DNA from: an uncultured Anaeromyxobacteraceae bacterium
GTDB lineage: Bacteria; Myxococcota_A; UBA9042; DTJE01
Direction: 5' to 3'
DNA: 64,000 nucleotides
Assembly (NCBI GenBank): GCA_964470365.1
Contig: CAYYCO010000007.1
Location: 207-64,206 of the forward strand
Below, piece by piece: positions 1 to 10,673 of this stretch (within the stretch, counting starts at the first letter, position 1; each line of letters starts with the position of its first letter). The notes beneath the pieces were generated by a model. The model saw only the letters and a list, made by a program, of their open reading frames with translations. It had not been told where the DNA came from and did not search any database. The translations under genes were made by a program, and so were the position numbers.

Positions 1-1
1 C

Positions 2-1447
2 ATGCTCCCGGACATCCTGAACCACGTGGTCAGCACCGGATTCCTGGCAATCATATTCATCCCGATTTTCCAGGGGTTCCGCGCACGCGACGACGAGGAC
101 GGCGGCTGGAAATTCCTGTCGAACACGGTGACGGTCCTGACCACGGTGCTGGTGGGGCTGATGATCCCGATGTTCATATGGATGCGGGAACTGATCACGC
201 TGTTCACGTCGGCCGCGAACCTGACGCCGGAAATCCTGGACCGCGCGACTTACCTGAGCCGCATCATCCTGCCAGGACAAGTCTTCATATTCGTCGGCAG
301 TTACTTCATGGCGCTGCAGAACTGCCGCGAACAGTACCTGATCCCGGCGCTGACGGGCGCGGTTTACAACGTGGCCATCATCGCGGGCGGGCTTGCCGGG
401 TGGGGACACGGGCTGGAGGGCTTCGCCTGGGGCGTCCCGATCGGCGGCTTTGTCGGCTTCATCGTCCTGCAGATCATCGGCGCCAGGCGCCAGGGCATCC
501 GGTTCAGGCCGACGTTCAGGCTTCGCGACCCGACGCTGCGGCGTTACCTGCTGATGATGATTCCGCTTTCAATCGGACTGGGCAGCCAGTTCGGGCTGGA
601 ATTCGTCATGCGCGCGCTTGGCGGCGTTTTCGGCGCGTCCAGCATTTCCAGCCTGAATTACGCCTACAAGATCATGTTCACGGTCGTATCCGTGTTCGGT
701 TACTCGGTGGGCGTGGCCGGATATCCGCGTATGAGCCTGATGGTCAAGCAGGGCCGGATCCGCGAGGTAAACGAAGACATCTGGCGAAGCCTTTCGCGCA
801 TGTTCGTTCTGCTGACGGCGGCGGTCATCGCGGTCTGGGTGCTGTCGTTCCCGGCGGTGCGGATACTGTTCGAACGCGGGTCCTTCAGCCGTGAGGACAG
901 CGAGGTGGTCGCCAGCCTGCTGCAGTGGTACCTGCCCGCCACGCTTGGACTGAGCATGCAGGTCGTGCTCGTTCGGGCCTTTTACGCCCACGAACGCATG
1001 TGGACCCCGACGCTTATCAACACCGGCGTGTTCCTGCTGACGATACCGGCATATTTCCTGGCGGCGAAACCCCTTGGCGTTTACTGCGTGCCTCTGGTCG
1101 GCGCGGCCGGCGCGCTGCTTCAGGTGGCAACCATGACGGTCGCATGGGCGGTCAGGTACGGGCGCGACGGCATGAAGCCGGCCCTGCTGAACATGGCACG
1201 CGCGCTGGTGGTGCTGATCGCGGTGGCCGTCGGCGCGCATATGCTGGACCGGGTCACCCACGAATTCGTGCGATCGACCGGCCTGGCGACGCTGACTGCA
1301 TATTCATGCGCGGCCGGCGCGATGCTGCTGATGCTGTCTCTGGCGCTCCAGATGCTGATCGGGTCGAAAGACGCCGGCGACATCATAAAGATGATGGGCG
1401 GCAAGGTTTCACGCAAGCTGGGCGCGCTGGGCGGCCGCAAGGGCTGA
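2..1447 (+). CDS. murJ: Lipid II flippase MurJ/MviN (5' end truncated by the window edge)
   Basis: 481-aa ORF that runs off the window start. Polytopic membrane protein whose residues and length match MurJ/MviN-family flippases. It overlaps rph convergently by 39 nt. Confidence 0.85.
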   Translation: MLPDILNHVVSTGFLAIIFIPIFQGFRARDDEDGGWKFLSNTVTVLTTVLVGLMIPMFIWMRELITLFTSAANLTPEILDRATYLSRIILPGQVFIFVGSYFMALQNCREQYLIPALTGAVYNVAIIAGGLAGWGHGLEGFAWGVPIGGFVGFIVLQIIGARRQGIRFRPTFRLRDPTLRRYLLMMIPLSIGLGSQFGLEFVMRALGGVFGASSISSLNYAYKIMFTVVSVFGYSVGVAGYPRMSLMVKQGRIREVNEDIWRSLSRMFVLLTAAVIAVWVLSFPAVRILFERGSFSREDSEVVASLLQWYLPATLGLSMQVVLVRAFYAHERMWTPTLINTGVFLLTIPAYFLAAKPLGVYCVPLVGAAGALLQVATMTVAWAVRYGRDGMKPALLNMARALVVLIAVAVGAHMLDRVTHEFVRSTGLATLTAYSCAAGAMLLMLSLALQMLIGSKDAGDIIKMMGGKVSRKLGALGGRKG

Positions 1448-2110
1448 CACGCCGGCCGTCGCCATGTCCAGCATGCGGTCAAGCGACGCGCGCGGGAACG
1501 GTTCGCCTTCGGCCGTACACTGGACCTCGATCAGCATGCCGTCCGACGTCATCACGAAATTGGCGTCCACTTCGGCCGCGACGTCTTCGTCATAAACCGG
1601 GTCCAGGACAGGCCGACCGTCCACGATTGCGACCGACACGGCCGCGACCTGCCGGACGATCGGGTCCCGTTCGATCAGGCCCGCCGCCATCAGGCGGTTG
1701 ACGGCCATGCGCAGCGCCAGCCAGCCACCCGTGATGGACGCAACGCGCGTTCCGGCGTCGGCCTGGATGACGTCGCAGTCGATGGTGATCAGGCGTTCGC
1801 CCAGCAGTTCCATGTCCACTGCCGCCCGCAGGCTGCGGCCGACCAGCCGCTGGATTTCCTGGTCGCGCCCACCCTGCTTCCTGGGCGCGCGGTCATTGAC
1901 CGACCCGGGCAGCATGGAATACTCGGCCGTGACCCAGCCCTTGCCCTTGCCGGCCATCCACCCTGGCACCTTTTCCTGGACCGTGGCCGCGCACAGCACG
2001 ACGGTGTTTCCCTGGGTGATCATCACGGAGCCCAGCGGGCCGCGCTGCACGCCGGTCCGGAAGGAAACCGGCCGAAGTTCGTCGTCGTTTCTGTTGTCAG
2101 GTCGGGACAT
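1409..2110 (-). CDS. rph: Ribonuclease PH
   Basis: The start is placed at internal Met (MSRPDNRNDDELRPVSF...), which gives ~233 aa. The RNase PH core is conserved (GSVMITQGNTVVLCAA, GWVTAEY, SMLPGS, DCDVIQADAGTR). The upstream 21 codons of the track ORF are probably not coding. Confidence 0.9.
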   Translation of the reverse strand: MSRPDNRNDDELRPVSFRTGVQRGPLGSVMITQGNTVVLCAATVQEKVPGWMAGKGKGWVTAEYSMLPGSVNDRAPRKQGGRDQEIQRLVGRSLRAAVDMELLGERLITIDCDVIQADAGTRVASITGGWLALRMAVNRLMAAGLIERDPIVRQVAAVSVAIVDGRPVLDPVYDEDVAAEVDANFVMTSDGMLIEVQCTAEGEPFPRASLDRMLDMATAGVSALAAAQRAQLA

Positions 2111-2208
2111 TTTTCCTCCACCCGGGTTTGCACCACGGGGCTGTTGACGGCGGGTCCTCCGCGCCCGGACCACGACGGCATATCATCGGACCCCGGGCAT
2201 TGATCCCG

Positions 2209-3423
2209 TCATGGGTCGATTTCGAACGACACGGTTCCGCGACGCCGGTCGGCGGAATAACCGGCCAGCAGTTCATCCAGCGAAAGACGCTGCGACGGGT
2301 GCGGCGGGTACAGCGCGTCTTTCAAGGCCGCGGCCATCCCGTGCGGCATGCCGTCGGACCCGAACAGCAGGTCGCGGCCCGGCGTGAATCCCGCGTCGTC
2401 GATGATCATCCTGAACGGGTTGTTCGCGGCCGCCGTCGCAGGGTCGAGCCGGTCAAGGTAAACGGCCGAGTCCGAATTGAAATTCGGCTGCATCGAAAGC
2501 GTGATGCCCATTTCGCGCGCCAGCTTTGCCTGCGACAGCGTGATGAACTGCGCGTGCTCGATGCGGACGCCCGACGGCAGGTCCGCCGGCATCCCGGGCA
2601 TCCAGGCGGCAGCTTCCACGGCGCCCAGGACCTGCCCGATCGCCATGTCGCCGATCGCGTGAATCGCCAGGCCGGCGCCCGCGGGCATCACGGCGAATGC
2701 GGCCCCGATTTCTTCACGCAGGGCATCGTCGGAGTATGTCAGCACCGGTTCCCCGCCGCCGACGTACCCGTCCGAGATCGCCGCGGTCCGCGCCCCGACC
2801 GCGCCGTCCGTGAACAGCTTGATGCCGCGAAGCCCGGGAACGCCGGCAGCCGAAGCCGCCACGAACGCGGCCGGCATCGCCCACGGCAGCACGATGAAAC
2901 TGTCGCCGTCAACCTGCGCGGTCGTGATGCGGTCGCCCGCGACGGCGCCCGTTCCCGCCCGCCCGGGGCCCGCCACGTACAGCATGTCTTCCACGCCATA
3001 AAGCCCGGCGGCACGCAGCCTGTCGACCATGGCCCGCGACGCGTCGGGGGCAAGCGGCACGAAACCGCCGAAAAACGAAAGGACACGCGGCATCAGGCGT
3101 TCCGCATCAAGGGCGCACGACGGTTCGACCGGGAACCCGGCGTCGGCCGCCATTCCCGCCGCCGCGTCGTTCATAATCCAGCCGTGCAGGCAGGAGTTCA
3201 GGATGGCAACCGGGGGCAGCCCCTCCAGTTCGCGCCGCGTGATGGCGAAACGATCGCTGTGCCACCCGGTCACAAGGTTCGGCCGATCGTTCGGCAGCGC
3301 GGCCACGACCGCCAGCGCCGATGCCCGATCGTGCACGCCTTCCAGCGACGGGCACGCGGCCAGCGCCCGGTAAAGGCTGAAGTGGTTGTGATGATCGAAA
3401 CACAATGGAATTTCAAAACGCAT
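2209..3423 (-). CDS. Metal-dependent amidohydrolase-family protein
   Basis: 404 aa. N-terminal CFDHHNH metal-binding His cluster, plus AIHAIGD and FGSDGMP motifs typical of amidohydrolase-3-like TIM-barrel hydrolases. The substrate is unknown. Confidence 0.6.
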   Translation of the reverse strand: MRFEIPLCFDHHNHFSLYRALAACPSLEGVHDRASALAVVAALPNDRPNLVTGWHSDRFAITRRELEGLPPVAILNSCLHGWIMNDAAAGMAADAGFPVEPSCALDAERLMPRVLSFFGGFVPLAPDASRAMVDRLRAAGLYGVEDMLYVAGPGRAGTGAVAGDRITTAQVDGDSFIVLPWAMPAAFVAASAAGVPGLRGIKLFTDGAVGARTAAISDGYVGGGEPVLTYSDDALREEIGAAFAVMPAGAGLAIHAIGDMAIGQVLGAVEAAAWMPGMPADLPSGVRIEHAQFITLSQAKLAREMGITLSMQPNFNSDSAVYLDRLDPATAAANNPFRMIIDDAGFTPGRDLLFGSDGMPHGMAAALKDALYPPHPSQRLSLDELLAGYSADRRRGTVSFEIDP

Positions 3424-3437
3424 CGCTGGCCCCCGCC

Positions 3438-5216
3438 CTATTCCCTGGTCACGCCGGTGTATCGCGTGGCGGCCGGCGGCGAAACGGTCCCGCGCCGGCG
3501 CAGCAGCTTCACGAAGCCCTCGACGTAACTTGCGTAAGGCAGGGCCGTCCAGCGGTCGGCAGGGATACGGCCGAAGAATTCGTCCATCCGGTCGCCGCCC
3601 TCCTGGAGGTATTTCGTCGTGATCACGCGATAAGTGCCGTCGTCCCTGACCGGCCGCCCGTTGTCCAGGACAAGTTCAAGCGGTCCGCCGTCAACCCGGG
3701 CCACAGTGAATCCCGAAATGACCGGCGCCTTGTTTACGTCGTCGATCAGGAATCGCATCATGTCACGCAGTTCCGCGCCGGAAAGATTCACGGCGACTGG
3801 CGGGTCCGTAAACGGCCAGACCCTGGCGACGTCGCACAGGGTAACCGGCCCGGCAGCCAGGCTGCCCCGGGTCGAACCGCGGTTCATGAACGCCACGACC
3901 GCGTCGACCTTCGCACGGCGTCCGCCGACGTCCGCGCCCAGTTCGCGCAGCATGTCCACGGCCAGCAGGGCCAGAGGCGGTTCGGTCCCGCGGAAAAACA
4001 CGATGTCCGACGTCGCGGTGACGACGACGTCCGAACATTCCCGCGACACCACCGCCTCCGTTTCGCGGCGCAATTCGGTCACGGGCACAAAAGGTTCAAT
4101 CGGGCCGATGTATCCGGGCCACGACGGTTTGCACACGACGGCGCCCGGAAATTCCGGCGGACAGACCGGCACGTGCGGCAGCGCCCTGACCGCGCCCACA
4201 CGACGCCCGGTCATCGCGTCCACATCGATTTCGACCAGCCCGACCGAAATCCCCTGCCCCGGGTTTTCGATCACGGGAATGACGGGGCCGTCGCCGCGCA
4301 GCATGACGTGGTCATGGCCCGACACGATCAGGTCGATGTCGTCGGACGTGAAAGCCGACTGGATTTCGGCCAGTTCGCCGTTCAGCGCGCATGGCGCCGT
4401 CCCCGGTGATACGGCGTCGTCCGCGCGTCCCCGGCAGACGCCGCCAAGGTGCGACAGCACGACGACCACCGTGGCGCCGGCCGCGCGCATCTTCGGAAGC
4501 ACCCGGCGCAGTGCGTCCACAGGCCGGTCGAACACGACGCCGACGCTTCCGGCCCTGCGCGAAACGGTCGGTGTCAGAGGTGTTATGACGCCGGTGAAGC
4601 CGACCTTGATCCCTGCGACGTCGACGATGGCGAATTCCCTGAACGAACGAATCACCGGCGCACCGTTCATCATGCGGGCATTGGCCAGCACGATCGGCTG
4701 TTCAGCGGCCGCGGCGGCCCTTTTCAGCGCCCCGCGGGGATCGACGATTTTGTCATCGGGACCGACGTCCAGGTAATCGAATTCGTGATTACCGATGGTC
4801 CGTGCCGTATAGCCGGCTGCGTTGAAGTATTTCGCGCAGAACATCCCTTCGGACGCGTTGACCGCGTAATCGCCCTGGGAACAGTCGCCCGCGTCGACAA
4901 CAATCGTCCTTTCCGGCGCCTGCGCCCGCAGCGCCGCGATCGTCCCCGCCAGGTAATCGACACCACCAAGCCGGGCCGACGTTGCCGTGTCCGGGTTCAT
5001 CGCAAAATCGGATGCCAGCGTGGATGCCAGCGCGCCATGGATGTCGTTGGTCGAAACCACGCGCAGGGTCACGATCTGCGGGACGGGCGCGGCGGCCGCG
5101 GCCGGGGTTGCGTCTTCCGACGCGGACCACGTTTTGCCGGAACAGGCCGTTGTCCCCGCCGCCAGCGCGGCGGTCAGCACGATGAAGGGAAACAAGTGAC
5201 GGGCATACACGTTCAT
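3438..5216 (-). CDS. Bifunctional metallophosphatase / 5'-nucleotidase lipoprotein (UshA-like)
   Basis: Start set at MNVYARHLFPFIVLTAALAAGTTAC, a signal peptide with a lipobox Cys. Motifs NDIHG, DAGD and GNHEFD are calcineurin-like, and a 5'-nucleotidase C-terminal domain follows. The ATG overlaps the upstream gene's TGA as ATGA at 5213-5216, which suggests translational coupling. Confidence 0.8.
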   Translation of the reverse strand: MNVYARHLFPFIVLTAALAAGTTACSGKTWSASEDATPAAAAAPVPQIVTLRVVSTNDIHGALASTLASDFAMNPDTATSARLGGVDYLAGTIAALRAQAPERTIVVDAGDCSQGDYAVNASEGMFCAKYFNAAGYTARTIGNHEFDYLDVGPDDKIVDPRGALKRAAAAAEQPIVLANARMMNGAPVIRSFREFAIVDVAGIKVGFTGVITPLTPTVSRRAGSVGVVFDRPVDALRRVLPKMRAAGATVVVVLSHLGGVCRGRADDAVSPGTAPCALNGELAEIQSAFTSDDIDLIVSGHDHVMLRGDGPVIPVIENPGQGISVGLVEIDVDAMTGRRVGAVRALPHVPVCPPEFPGAVVCKPSWPGYIGPIEPFVPVTELRRETEAVVSRECSDVVVTATSDIVFFRGTEPPLALLAVDMLRELGADVGGRRAKVDAVVAFMNRGSTRGSLAAGPVTLCDVARVWPFTDPPVAVNLSGAELRDMMRFLIDDVNKAPVISGFTVARVDGGPLELVLDNGRPVRDDGTYRVITTKYLQEGGDRMDEFFGRIPADRWTALPYASYVEGFVKLLRRRGTVSPPAATRYTGVTRE

Positions 5217-7909
5217 TTTCCGCCCTTCCCCTGACGTTTGCCGAGCGCCAGCCGCATGTCGACCCACGCCTTGCGCTGGGCAGCCGAATAGTTGTAGCCG
5301 GCATTGGCGGCAATCACCGGCCCCTTCGAAAACATGGGCTGGCCCGCAACGGCCATATTCCAGTAACGCCGGGCCGTTTCCAGGTCGCCCGCCCTGAACA
5401 TCGACAGGGCCATGCCAACCAGGAAGTCGGGGTCGGACGGGGATTTCGTCAGCGCGGCCGCGAAGTACCCGGCCGCCTCCGTGAAACGTTTCTGGTCGAA
5501 CGCGGCCCAGCCGATGCCGGCTATCGGTTCGGCAGCAGGACCGGACAGCGCGACGCACGACCTGAAGTCGGCCTCGGCGCCGGCGGCGTCACCGTTCATC
5601 AGGCGCGCGATCCCGCGGTTGAACAGCGGTTCGCAGTCGCCGGAACGCAACCCGGCTGCCATGTCGAATTCGGCGGCCGCCCGGACGAAATCCTTCTGCA
5701 GGACGCGCGTCCGGCCCCGGACCATCCTTTCCATGTATCCCCATTCGTCCTCCGGGCCCAGCTTGTCCGCGGCCTCGGCGGCGACCTGCACGCTCTTCAT
5801 GCGGACCGCGACCGACGCGATCACGAGCCAGTCTGCCGAGTCGAGGTTTTTCATGGTTCGCGCGGTGCGGAAAAGCATTGCCGACTGTTTCGGGAAGCCC
5901 TTTTCATCGGCCAGCCGGGCCGCCGACGCCACGACCGCGCCAGACACGCCCCCGGCACGGATCGCGCGGTTCACGACACCGACGCAGATGTCGGGACGCC
6001 CGGTTTCAAGCATCCAGAACACCAGCCTGGGCAGGGCCTTGTTGCGCGCCACCGGCGTTTCAGGCGACATGGCCTTCAGCGCATTGTCCAGCGACAGCCA
6101 GCCCCCCTTCAGATCGCCGGAAACCAGTTCGTGCCGCGCACGCAGCAGCAGCCACGACGCGCCCGCTTCCGGATCGGCGTCGCCCGCGCCGTATTCGTCG
6201 ACCAGAGCCACACAGCGCCCGGCCTCCGGGCTGCCCGGCCAGGTATCCAGTATCGTAACGACGAAATCCGCGACCACGGCAACCGCGTCGGGCGACGACG
6301 CGTACGCTGCCCTGAACAGGGCATCCACCGCTTCAAGCCGGGGCCGCCCGGGCAGCAGGTTTTCAACCAGATCCACCAGTTCCTGCGCGGTCACCCCGGC
6401 CGCGAAAAGGTTCCGCGCGGCCAGCGAGGCGTCCGAAACAGACGCGCCCGGACGATCAAGCGCAACCAGGAAGCGGCCGGCGTACGCGCGTTTCCATTCA
6501 GGTTCGGGCAGGTCGGCACGTGCGATCGCGAAAATGTCGTCCGCCTGGCCGTGAAGCCCGGTTTCCAGCAGCGCGCGCCCCAGTTCGCAGCGGCGCATCC
6601 CCCGGGTGACCGGGAATGCGTCCAGCCGTCCAATCGCCTTTTCCAGGACGGCGACGCGTGTCGCCGGGTCCGCGCGCAGGGGAATGTCCACCGGCGCCGA
6701 AACCATGATTGTCACGATATCGTCCAGCCGACCGCCCGCCGCCAGCGCCGACGCCTGGTCGGGGGCAAGCCCGCGCAGCGCAAGCCCGGCAGCCAGTGTC
6801 GCAAGGCCGCAGTCACGGCCATGACGGCCGGCAACCGCCGAAACCACCCGGTGCAGCGAATCGAACGACGCGCCGGCCACAATCGCCGCCAGCACGGGGT
6901 CGTATTCGCGGAATCCGTTACCGACCGTCGCGTCCAGCAGCAGCGGCGTCGACATTGAACAGGCGCCGTCCGGCCCGCCCAGCGCTGCCACGGCGGAATC
7001 GGCATCGCCGATCGAAAGCGCCGTCAGCGCGACCTTTTTGACGATGGCGTCCAGATCCACGGAATTTTCGATACCGGCGGCGCGAATGCGGCCGATTGAT
7101 TCAACACCGGCCCTGACATAGTCTTCCGGCGTCACGACGATGCGCGCCAGTTCGAGATAATTCGCGACGGCGACGAACCATGCGGCGGGATCAGCCTGCC
7201 CGTCGGCGATAAAGGCGCGCGGTGGGGGGCAGAACCCGAAACCACGCGAAGCCGCATCGGGATCGACCGTGCCGTCAGCCACCGTGATGTCGAACGGGAT
7301 GGAACACGCCAGGCGTCCGAGCCTGTCGCGGACGGCCTGGGCGGCGGTCCCGGCGACATCGACCTTCATGAAGCACTTCGAGTATCCCTCGACCAGCGCA
7401 AGCGCCTGGGGATACATGCCGACCGCGATGCGCGCGTCGATGGCCGGACCGACAAAACCATCCAGTTTCATTATCGAATCGACGTTGTCGATTTTGGCGC
7501 ACAGGTCATTCACGACCGTCAGCATGTCATCGCCGGTCAGCGGGATCGCCGATGGCGGCGGCGGTTCGGGGGCCGGCGCGGGGACAGGTTCAGCGGCTGC
7601 AGGCTCAGCGGCAGGGGCCGGTTCCGCCGCAGGTTCAACCGCAGGCGCGGACGCAGCGACCGGTTCGATGGCAGGCTGGACAGGCGGTTCCGGCACTGGT
7701 TCGGCCGCAGGCTGTGCCGTCGCATCCGCCGCAGGCTCCGCCACCGGCGCCGGCGCCTCTGCCACCGTTGGTTCCGCCACTGGTTCGGCAACAGGTTGCG
7801 TTGCTTCCACCACCACTTCCACGGGCGGTTCAGCCACTGGCTGGTCCTGCGCGACGGCGGCCGATGACAGCAACAACGACGCCAGCGATGCGATCAATGC
7901 GACTTTCAT
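5213..7909 (-). CDS. Secreted protein with a Pro/Ala/Glu-rich repeat linker and a C-terminal TPR-like helical-repeat region
   Basis: 898 aa. Signal peptide MKVALIASLASLLLSSAAVA. Residues ~20-130 are a PAEP/AEPV low-complexity repeat. The remainder is A/L/R-rich helical repeats. TPR assignment is by pattern only and is not verified. Confidence 0.55.
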   Translation of the reverse strand: MKVALIASLASLLLSSAAVAQDQPVAEPPVEVVVEATQPVAEPVAEPTVAEAPAPVAEPAADATAQPAAEPVPEPPVQPAIEPVAASAPAVEPAAEPAPAAEPAAAEPVPAPAPEPPPPSAIPLTGDDMLTVVNDLCAKIDNVDSIMKLDGFVGPAIDARIAVGMYPQALALVEGYSKCFMKVDVAGTAAQAVRDRLGRLACSIPFDITVADGTVDPDAASRGFGFCPPPRAFIADGQADPAAWFVAVANYLELARIVVTPEDYVRAGVESIGRIRAAGIENSVDLDAIVKKVALTALSIGDADSAVAALGGPDGACSMSTPLLLDATVGNGFREYDPVLAAIVAGASFDSLHRVVSAVAGRHGRDCGLATLAAGLALRGLAPDQASALAAGGRLDDIVTIMVSAPVDIPLRADPATRVAVLEKAIGRLDAFPVTRGMRRCELGRALLETGLHGQADDIFAIARADLPEPEWKRAYAGRFLVALDRPGASVSDASLAARNLFAAGVTAQELVDLVENLLPGRPRLEAVDALFRAAYASSPDAVAVVADFVVTILDTWPGSPEAGRCVALVDEYGAGDADPEAGASWLLLRARHELVSGDLKGGWLSLDNALKAMSPETPVARNKALPRLVFWMLETGRPDICVGVVNRAIRAGGVSGAVVASAARLADEKGFPKQSAMLFRTARTMKNLDSADWLVIASVAVRMKSVQVAAEAADKLGPEDEWGYMERMVRGRTRVLQKDFVRAAAEFDMAAGLRSGDCEPLFNRGIARLMNGDAAGAEADFRSCVALSGPAAEPIAGIGWAAFDQKRFTEAAGYFAAALTKSPSDPDFLVGMALSMFRAGDLETARRYWNMAVAGQPMFSKGPVIAANAGYNYSAAQRKAWVDMRLALGKRQGKGGK
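7519..7849 (-). repeat. Low-complexity coding repeat (Pro-Ala-Glu-Pro-Val units) inside CDS 5213-7909
   Basis: Translation reads VAEPVAEPTVAEAPAPVAEPAADATAQPAAEPVPEPPVQPAIEPVA... The DNA is reiterated gcngaacc(g/c) units. Confidence 0.6.
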
Positions 7910-8032
7910 GGAATCCCCCGGGTCGAATTCGACCCCGGCATTCTAGCGCAGGCCCACGCCCCCGGGTAACTATGAAATGCCCGATGACCGCGTGTGATGC
8001 TATACTGCTGGCGGATTTCACCGGGTCGGGCC

Positions 8033-8860
8033 ATGGGGCGTCGCATAATCACGATTATCGTCGTGTTCGCGGCATTCACCGCGCCCTGCCTGCACGCTTT
8101 CGCCGGCACACCCGACGAGGCCTTCGCCGAGGCCGAAAACACCTTCCGTTTCCAGGACTACGAAAACGCCTCGAAAATGCTCGAATCGCTGCTGTACCCG
8201 AAAATCCTGATCAGCGATCCCGCCCGCCAGATCAAGGCTCGCGAATATCTTGCCGCCTGCTGGTTCTGGCTGGGAAACCGTAACCGCATGGAAGAGGAAT
8301 TCACGGCCCTGCTTACGCAGGCGCCGCTGCATGAACTCGATTCGTTCTTCTACCCGGCCGAACTCATTAACGAATTCCAGACGCTCAAACTGCGCCTGAT
8401 CGAACTTCATATCCTGGACCCCGAAAAGGCAAAACTGCAGACCGAACCCGAATGCCTGATGCGGGTCGAGGAAATCACGAAACGTTCAAAAATACCGATG
8501 CTGGTCCCCTTCGGCGTCGGGCAGTTCGTAAACGGCAAAACAACCAAGGGCGCGCTGTTCCTGACAGGCGAACTTGTCTTCCTGGGAATGAACATCGGGG
8601 GTTGGGCGGGCGCCGAATCGCTGCGCGGCGACGACGGCCTTTATTCGCACGACGATGCGGAATCGGCCCGGAAACTGCGCATAGTCCAGTACGTCGGACT
8701 CGGTTCATTCGTCGCGCTTGCAATCTGGGGAATCGTCGACGCGTTCATGGACTTCAAACCTGAAACCAGGTCATACAGATTCGTGCCCTGCCCGACTTCG
8801 TCGCCCGTGTCGCGCGGCGCGCCGGACGGCATCGGCATCTGTTTCCGGATGGGAAAGTAA
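8033..8860 (+). CDS. Hypothetical membrane protein
   Basis: Start moved to MGRRIITIIVVFAAFTAPCLHAFAG (signal/anchor). Two further hydrophobic segments follow. No recognisable catalytic motif. Local GC is slightly lower than the flanks. Confidence 0.45.
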   Translation: MGRRIITIIVVFAAFTAPCLHAFAGTPDEAFAEAENTFRFQDYENASKMLESLLYPKILISDPARQIKAREYLAACWFWLGNRNRMEEEFTALLTQAPLHELDSFFYPAELINEFQTLKLRLIELHILDPEKAKLQTEPECLMRVEEITKRSKIPMLVPFGVGQFVNGKTTKGALFLTGELVFLGMNIGGWAGAESLRGDDGLYSHDDAESARKLRIVQYVGLGSFVALAIWGIVDAFMDFKPETRSYRFVPCPTSSPVSRGAPDGIGICFRMGK

Positions 8861-8872
8861 AGGGGACTCGAA

Positions 8873-10663
8873 GTGGCCAGGATTGTCGTATTCAGTTCGA
8901 ACCAGCCGATTCGCGAATTCCCGCTGTTCCGCCGGTCCACCATGATCGGTCGCGACGAGGCCTGCGACATCTCGCTTCCGGTCCCGGGGCTGAAGGAAGT
9001 CCACGCCGAACTTATCCTGGACGGCGAATCGCACCGCGTCCTTCCGATGGACCCCAAGGCGGAAGTCCTGGTCAACGGCAACAAGACAAAAATGACGGTG
9101 CTCGAACCGTTCGATCTGATCCGCCTCGGGTCCGTAACCATGCTGTACGCTCCTGACGAATTCACGCTGCGTGACGGCGCGGGTCGGGAAAACGAGGCGT
9201 TGCGCGCACTGGAATCGATGTCTGGCCTCGGACGCCGCCTGATGGAAACCACCGACCTCGACCGCTGCCTCGAAATGCTGCTGGACGAAACGATCGCGAT
9301 CAGCCACGCCTCCAAGGGTTTCATCATTTTCAACGAACTGGATTCCCCGGTCGTGAAGGTCGCCCGCAACGTCGGAATGCACGAACTTCCCGACGACGCC
9401 GTGCTGTTTTCCGAAAGCATCGTCCGCAAAGCGCTGGAAAACGGGGAACCGCAACTGGTCAAGGACGCGGCCACCAACCAGGAATTCTCGTCGGCCACCA
9501 GCGTCGTCAACTTGAAACTCGCCTCGGTCATGTGCATCCCGCTGAAGTCGGGCGGCGCCGTCCTGGGGGTGCTGTATCTCGGCACCGAACGCGTCGTGGA
9601 CCTGTTCGACGAGGTGACATTCCGTACGCTGACCGTCCACGCGGCCCTGGCTGCCTCCATCGTCGCCAACGTGATGCTGATCAATTCGCTGCGCCGCGAC
9701 CGCGACGCCCTGCGCGAAGAAGTGAAAGTGTCCAGGTTCGGCGCCCTGATCGGTTCCTGCGACGGAATGCGCGCCGTTTTCGAACGCGTGTCCCGCGTGG
9801 CCCCGACCGACGTCCCCGTCCTGGTCACCGGCGAAACCGGCACCGGCAAGGAACTTATCGCCCGCGAAATTCACGGCCGCAGCCACCGCGCACAGAAACC
9901 GTTTGTCGCGATCAACTGCGGCGCGATCCCGGAAAACCTGATCGAAAGCGAACTGTTCGGCCATGTCAAGGGCGCTTTCACCGGCGCGATCAACACGACC
10001 GCGGGCAGGTTCCAGGCGGCCTCCGGCGGTACCCTTTTCCTGGATGAAATCGGCGACCTGCCGATTCACATGCAGGTCAAGCTGCTGCGGGTCCTGCAGG
10101 ACGGCCTGGTCATGAAGGTCGGCGGCACGCGGCCCGAACAGGTGGACATCCGGGTCCTTGCGGCGACCAACCGCAACCTCGAGGACGAAATCAGGGCCGG
10201 CCGCTTCCGCGAGGACCTTTACTACCGGATCGCCGTCGTGGGCATCAGGCTTCCGGCCCTGCGCGAACGCGGCGAGGACATCGACAGACTGGCCCAGTAT
10301 TTCCTGAAACGGTTCGCGACCGAATTCAAAAGTCCCGTCAGTCGATTCACGGCCGAGGCGGTGGCGGCCATGCACGCATACGGCTGGCCCGGGAACATCC
10401 GCGAACTGGAAAACCGCGTTCGCAAGGCGGTGTTGTTCGCCGACGGCCCTGCCGCGGGGACCGACGCCCTTGAATTCGACGCGGCGCCCGCCACCCCGCT
10501 GGATCTGCCGCTGGCGGCCGCGCGCGACAATTTCGAACAACGCTATGTGCTGGATGCCCTGAAACGCCACGGCGACAACAAGGCGGCCACCGCGCGCGCG
10601 CTGGGTGTCGATGTCAGGACCATATTCCGTTACCTGGAAAGGATGACCGGCGGCGAGGGCTGA
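8873..10663 (+). CDS. FHA-domain sigma-54-dependent transcriptional activator (FHA - GAF-like - AAA+ - Fis-type HTH)
   Basis: The N-terminal region matches an FHA fold ([15 protein letters not shown]). A central GAF-like segment follows. The AAA+ module has Walker A GETGTGKE, the GAFTGA sigma-54 contact loop and an ESELFGH motif. The C-terminus is a Fis-type HTH ([18 protein letters not shown]). Confidence 0.9.
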   Translation: MARIVVFSSNQPIREFPLFRRSTMIGRDEACDISLPVPGLKEVHAELILDGESHRVLPMDPKAEVLVNGNKTKMTVLEPFDLIRLGSVTMLYAPDEFTLRDGAGRENEALRALESMSGLGRRLMETTDLDRCLEMLLDETIAISHASKGFIIFNELDSPVVKVARNVGMHELPDDAVLFSESIVRKALENGEPQLVKDAATNQEFSSATSVVNLKLASVMCIPLKSGGAVLGVLYLGTERVVDLFDEVTFRTLTVHAALAASIVANVMLINSLRRDRDALREEVKVSRFGALIGSCDGMRAVFERVSRVAPTDVPVLVTGETGTGKELIAREIHGRSHRAQKPFVAINCGAIPENLIESELFGHVKGAFTGAINTTAGRFQAASGGTLFLDEIGDLPIHMQVKLLRVLQDGLVMKVGGTRPEQVDIRVLAATNRNLEDEIRAGRFREDLYYRIAVVGIRLPALRERGEDIDRLAQYFLKRFATEFKSPVSRFTAEAVAAMHAYGWPGNIRELENRVRKAVLFADGPAAGTDALEFDAAPATPLDLPLAAARDNFEQRYVLDALKRHGDNKAATARALGVDVRTIFRYLERMTGGEG

Positions 10664-10673
10664 CGGGCAGGGG

